From Catajapyx aquilonaris (Eukaryota): a stretch of DNA of 64,000 nt. The stretch lies in NCBI GenBank assembly GCA_000934665.2, contig KZ538173.1, positions 1 to 64,000 of the forward strand, read 5' to 3'. The position numbers and the translations under genes are program-made. Below the pieces are notes generated by a model. It worked only from the letters and a program-made list of their open reading frames with translations, was not told where the DNA came from and ran no database searches. Position 1 is the stretch's first letter. Each line of letters starts with the position of its first letter. Positions 60,476 to 64,000 of this stretch are shown piece after piece.

Positions 60476-61329
60476 AGCATGGTTCAGTTGTCCTTTTGTG
60501 TCCCAAGTTGAATAATTATTCTGACAGTAATTATTCCAAATGTGAATAAGGTAATTAAGCAATATGAATCTGAACATTGTTACCCGGCAGTGACGTAATC
60601 ACTACATACCTAATTTTATACAAATCTGAAATTTTAATGGGTCTCTAAATTAAAGAAACCGCAGTTGTGTTCATTTTTCCACGTTTAGGCCGGTTTAGGC
60701 TGTATACACCACCCAAAAGCAGCGTCTCTAGGCTATATAATAAATTCCAATAAATGAGTGGAGGGAATTGCTTAATTGAATGATGCATTTATCCCACTCT
60801 TGGGACAAATGCCCCATTCAGCATAATTGTCCCACATAAGAGAATAATGACTGAAAATGCAAATCTGAGCATTTTAGTCCCATATAATTTTTATGTGCCG
60901 TTGGGTTAAGTACCGGTATGCTCAAAATAATATGTGAAATAGCTGTTTGCTGCGACAACAGCTAGGTATTGTTGAATTTACATCGTTTGACTGTTATTCT
61001 GCTTTAACATTCTGTACAGCAAATTACCCAGGTGAAACATCGCCCAAGACTGTCTAGCTAAACAATTCCAGCTTGATTTATTCAGCCTCCCATTTTCTTC
61101 ACTCCACATTACACAACTTTTGGGTTACTCGAAAGTCCTCCAAACTCATAATACTCCATCCTCCCAATTTATCCTCCCCCTTCTGTCACCCATAGGACTA
61201 ACGTTGGAAACACCTCTCTACATGTATCTAACCTTCTATGATACGACCCTATATGTCACACCGCTTACCGACTACACGGCTGACTTGGGTCCCATTTACA
61301 GCGGCCAGACCAAGTGCCAGGTCCTTTCT

Positions 61330-62460
61330 AGACTGTCTACGGGCCATTTGGCGGCACTCAGAATAATCGAGTGTAGAACCTAGCCTCACTCGCCCACCTC
61401 CGACCTATCCGGAAGGGCCTCAAAATGACGCCAAGGCTTTCCTTTCCCCGCAATTAGGTTCTCGCCATCTAACACTGCAAGCCTCAAAATCTGATGCCTG
61501 GCCAACAAGTTTGGCGAGCCAGAAGCGCAACATATTAAAGCACATGCCGGTTTTTCCAAGGGTTGTAACTGAATATAGGAAACCACGATATAATGCACAT
61601 TCCAGAGGCAATTTCATTTGGGACGTATCATATGGAGCACTGATTCAAGTTTCAAAGCATTAATGATTTTCTTAGATGCCCTAAAAAATTTGAGAAGGGC
61701 AATTTTGACCACAATCAAGTTAATGTTACTGGTCAACAATGTCAGGATAATTTGACATATGATGTAAAATGTGGAGGTCAAAATCCAGAAAAATTTAATA
61801 AAAAAAAGAGCAGTACAGTCACGTTTCTGTTCATATTGAATTATGCTACTCGCATCAACACAAGCACGTGGGGCCAATACAAAACAGCTGCGGTTGACAA
61901 CCCAGTTGGAAACAGCACTTTTGTGGCAATCAAAGTCCGGTACATTTACCACACAACTCTGCTTGAATAAAGTTCTTGCCATGCAGCTAAAAAAAAGTTC
62001 AAACTTGGTGGTGTCCCGCACATAATCCCCGCCTTGGTGAAAACAGTTTCTCTGCCAACAAAACCACTGTTATTCTTTAGAACCGGAATTGCCAGACCTT
62101 AAATCTCAGCTTTCCTTTCGGCCATGGTATATGTACCAATCCAAATAGCGCCACTTGGCTTTTACAGCCATGGTCCCGGATGTACCATCAAAGTGTCACC
62201 CGACTCATATCTATAACCATAAAGGGACGCAACTTATTTTTTTGGTCCTTGTATTGCACCAATGTGGCTTTTATGTCGCAACTGAGACAACGAAAATAGT
62301 CGTACCAAATTACAACTGAACCGGTTCATTAATGAACCAATTTCTACCGTGCGTGAAACCGGTTCTGGGTCCAATTAGAACGAATCGTGGACATGACGGT
62401 TGAAGATTCACCTGCGGAAGGGACCACACATTCCGAGCTATGCACATTTGCATTGTTCGA
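61330..62460 (-). mobile_element. decayed DD37D/maT (Bmmar1-like) transposase remnant
   Basis: Collinear blocks TLFKQS..D..HK..NW (~61980-61880), SGSPNL..LAVLD..KPWRHFEAL..VGE* and SAAKWP (61530-61340) follow the TLF..QQD.APAHK..WL / WPSGSPDLNP..WAVLE..KPH.NLE.L..EW / AA..WP layout. Stops and an insertion are present. Confidence 0.55.
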
Positions 62461-64000
62461 GAGCGAGCAATGCAGCCTGAACGAGCACATTACAACGGTA
62501 CTGTACACTACCCCTTCGGGATTCAATATGCATAAAAAAAGCACACCAGCCCCGCTGTAATCAACCGAACACCCTGGAACATCCAGGCAAAACAACTCAC
62601 CAAGTTCCACTTCTATTCATACGCCTGCGAACAATAGGCTTTTGAAGCTACAAAACTAAAAAGTCACTCACAGAATAGCACAATCCCCGCACTGAACTCA
62701 TGGATTAACAAGGAATACACATGGTAGGACACTGTTCGGTTTTCTGGCAAATGTGACTGAGACTCTCCCATCGCGCAGCCTCCATCATGACTCTCAGTTA
62801 CGATCGAAGTATCCCCACTTCATGGTACAAAAAAAAAAAATCGAGGCGGGACGTGGATCTACCCTAAGCTCCAAATGTGGACAGCAGACCCCCAAAATGG
62901 CTTAGTGCAAAAGACATCTTAGAAGAAATACAAGGAGTGGTAATACTGGAAATGACACTCACTTTGACCACCTCTTTTCAACAGACAGTGCCAGAGATAC
63001 TCGAGTAAATGAAAAGATGGCGTTTCTCAGTCTCACATCAGCTACTAACCCCCTAGCCTCAACTTCAACATGTAAAAAATATGTCATAATTTGTCCACTT
63101 CAGAGTATGTTTGATGATGGCTAATTTTCAGGTTGAAACAGTGCAATAATTTCAAAAAAGGGCGGAGTATCTCAATGAACTTTGAGGCATTGAAGGACTT
63201 CTTCACATTATATTTGAGGGGAGATAAAGGGCAAACTGGCGGCTCTTTCCGGGCGTATAATTAACCATGGAACAAATCGAAAATTTAATTACGAGGCAAC
63301 GGAGCTTCCATTCCGTCGTCTCAATGAGAGCCGACGATGATGGTTGTCATGAATCAGTAGCCATGTTCGAACTTAAGGACCATTACGTTTTTTTTAACAA
63401 CCCGTCTTAGAACCAGTGTTGGAATTATCTGGGACCAAGAGACTTGTGTTTACAGCTCCATCAAGTGTCAGCCCGCATCTTTGTAGAAGCCCGATTCTAA
63501 ATTACGGTGTGAAGAAGGGGTCAGGAAGAGAGATGGTTCAATATTCGAGCTGGGTCTCAAATGCTCTTTTTATGCCTTTCAGCTTGGGACCCTTTTTTTT
63601 TTCAGCAGGCGTTCTTCCGATTAACTTACTCTGTATATATAGACAGAAAATGTCCGGATTTAGTAGGAAAGTTGTTTGCTGCCAACGACCAGCTGATGCG
63701 CAACTTTGAAATTGAACCCCTGCTGCAAAAAGAAGGCTGGCTTAGTTTTAACGGGGATTGAAAATTATTTTGCCTGCTAACAACAACATGGAAACTTTGA
63801 GGAATATGTTTGCCATTAATATTGTAGCCTGTTCCAAAGCAATGATGTTAAATAGTTTGGGAAAGCTGGTGTACTGGATGTTCCAGTGTGACGTGTTTAT
63901 GGCCACACTTTACACATATCACATTGTATTCAATTACAATAATTATGGTTTGTATAATTGACAATAATTATGTTAACATTGAGATCATTAAATGTATCAG

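Noticed and set aside
1..64000. CRISPR arrays, operons, rRNA/snRNA genes, intact transposase or reverse transcriptase
   Set aside because: None seen; the sequence is spliced eukaryotic DNA with no repeat-spacer pattern.

Overview
Eukaryotic (arthropod, probably non-dipteran insect) genomic DNA with two spliced minus-strand genes. (1) drumstick (drm), an 87-aa odd-skipped-family zinc-finger protein. Coding exons are 2854-2631 and 1040-1001, with a probable non-coding first exon/promoter near 10.5-11.3 kb and a long non-coding, motif-rich region from about 3 to 28.6 kb. (2) A ~2,000-aa protein with a long disordered N-terminus and a C-terminal PDZ-PH-PH module (Pdzph1/CG43707-like, from memory). 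I reconstructed it as 16 coding exons between 48906 and 30285; all junctions are phase-consistent GT-AG except one unresolved acceptor near 39764. It has a likely alternative first exon giving a ~390-aa short isoform. Mobile DNA: a nest of a tRNA-derived V/Meta-type SINE and foldback MITEs at 17.3-20.2 kb, intronic MITEs and a SINE, and decayed mariner, DD37D and Harbinger remnants. I found no prokaryotic system, CRISPR array or intact RNA gene, and no clearly new system is proven. The best leads are regulatory (Odd-family, Zelda and Su(H) site clusters at drm; CTCF-like motifs in a MITE and bracketing the PDZ-PH gene; a CpG-depleted gene-body domain) and protein-level (multiple LC8-type TQT motifs; short isoform). 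All motif calls were made by eye and need computational confirmation.
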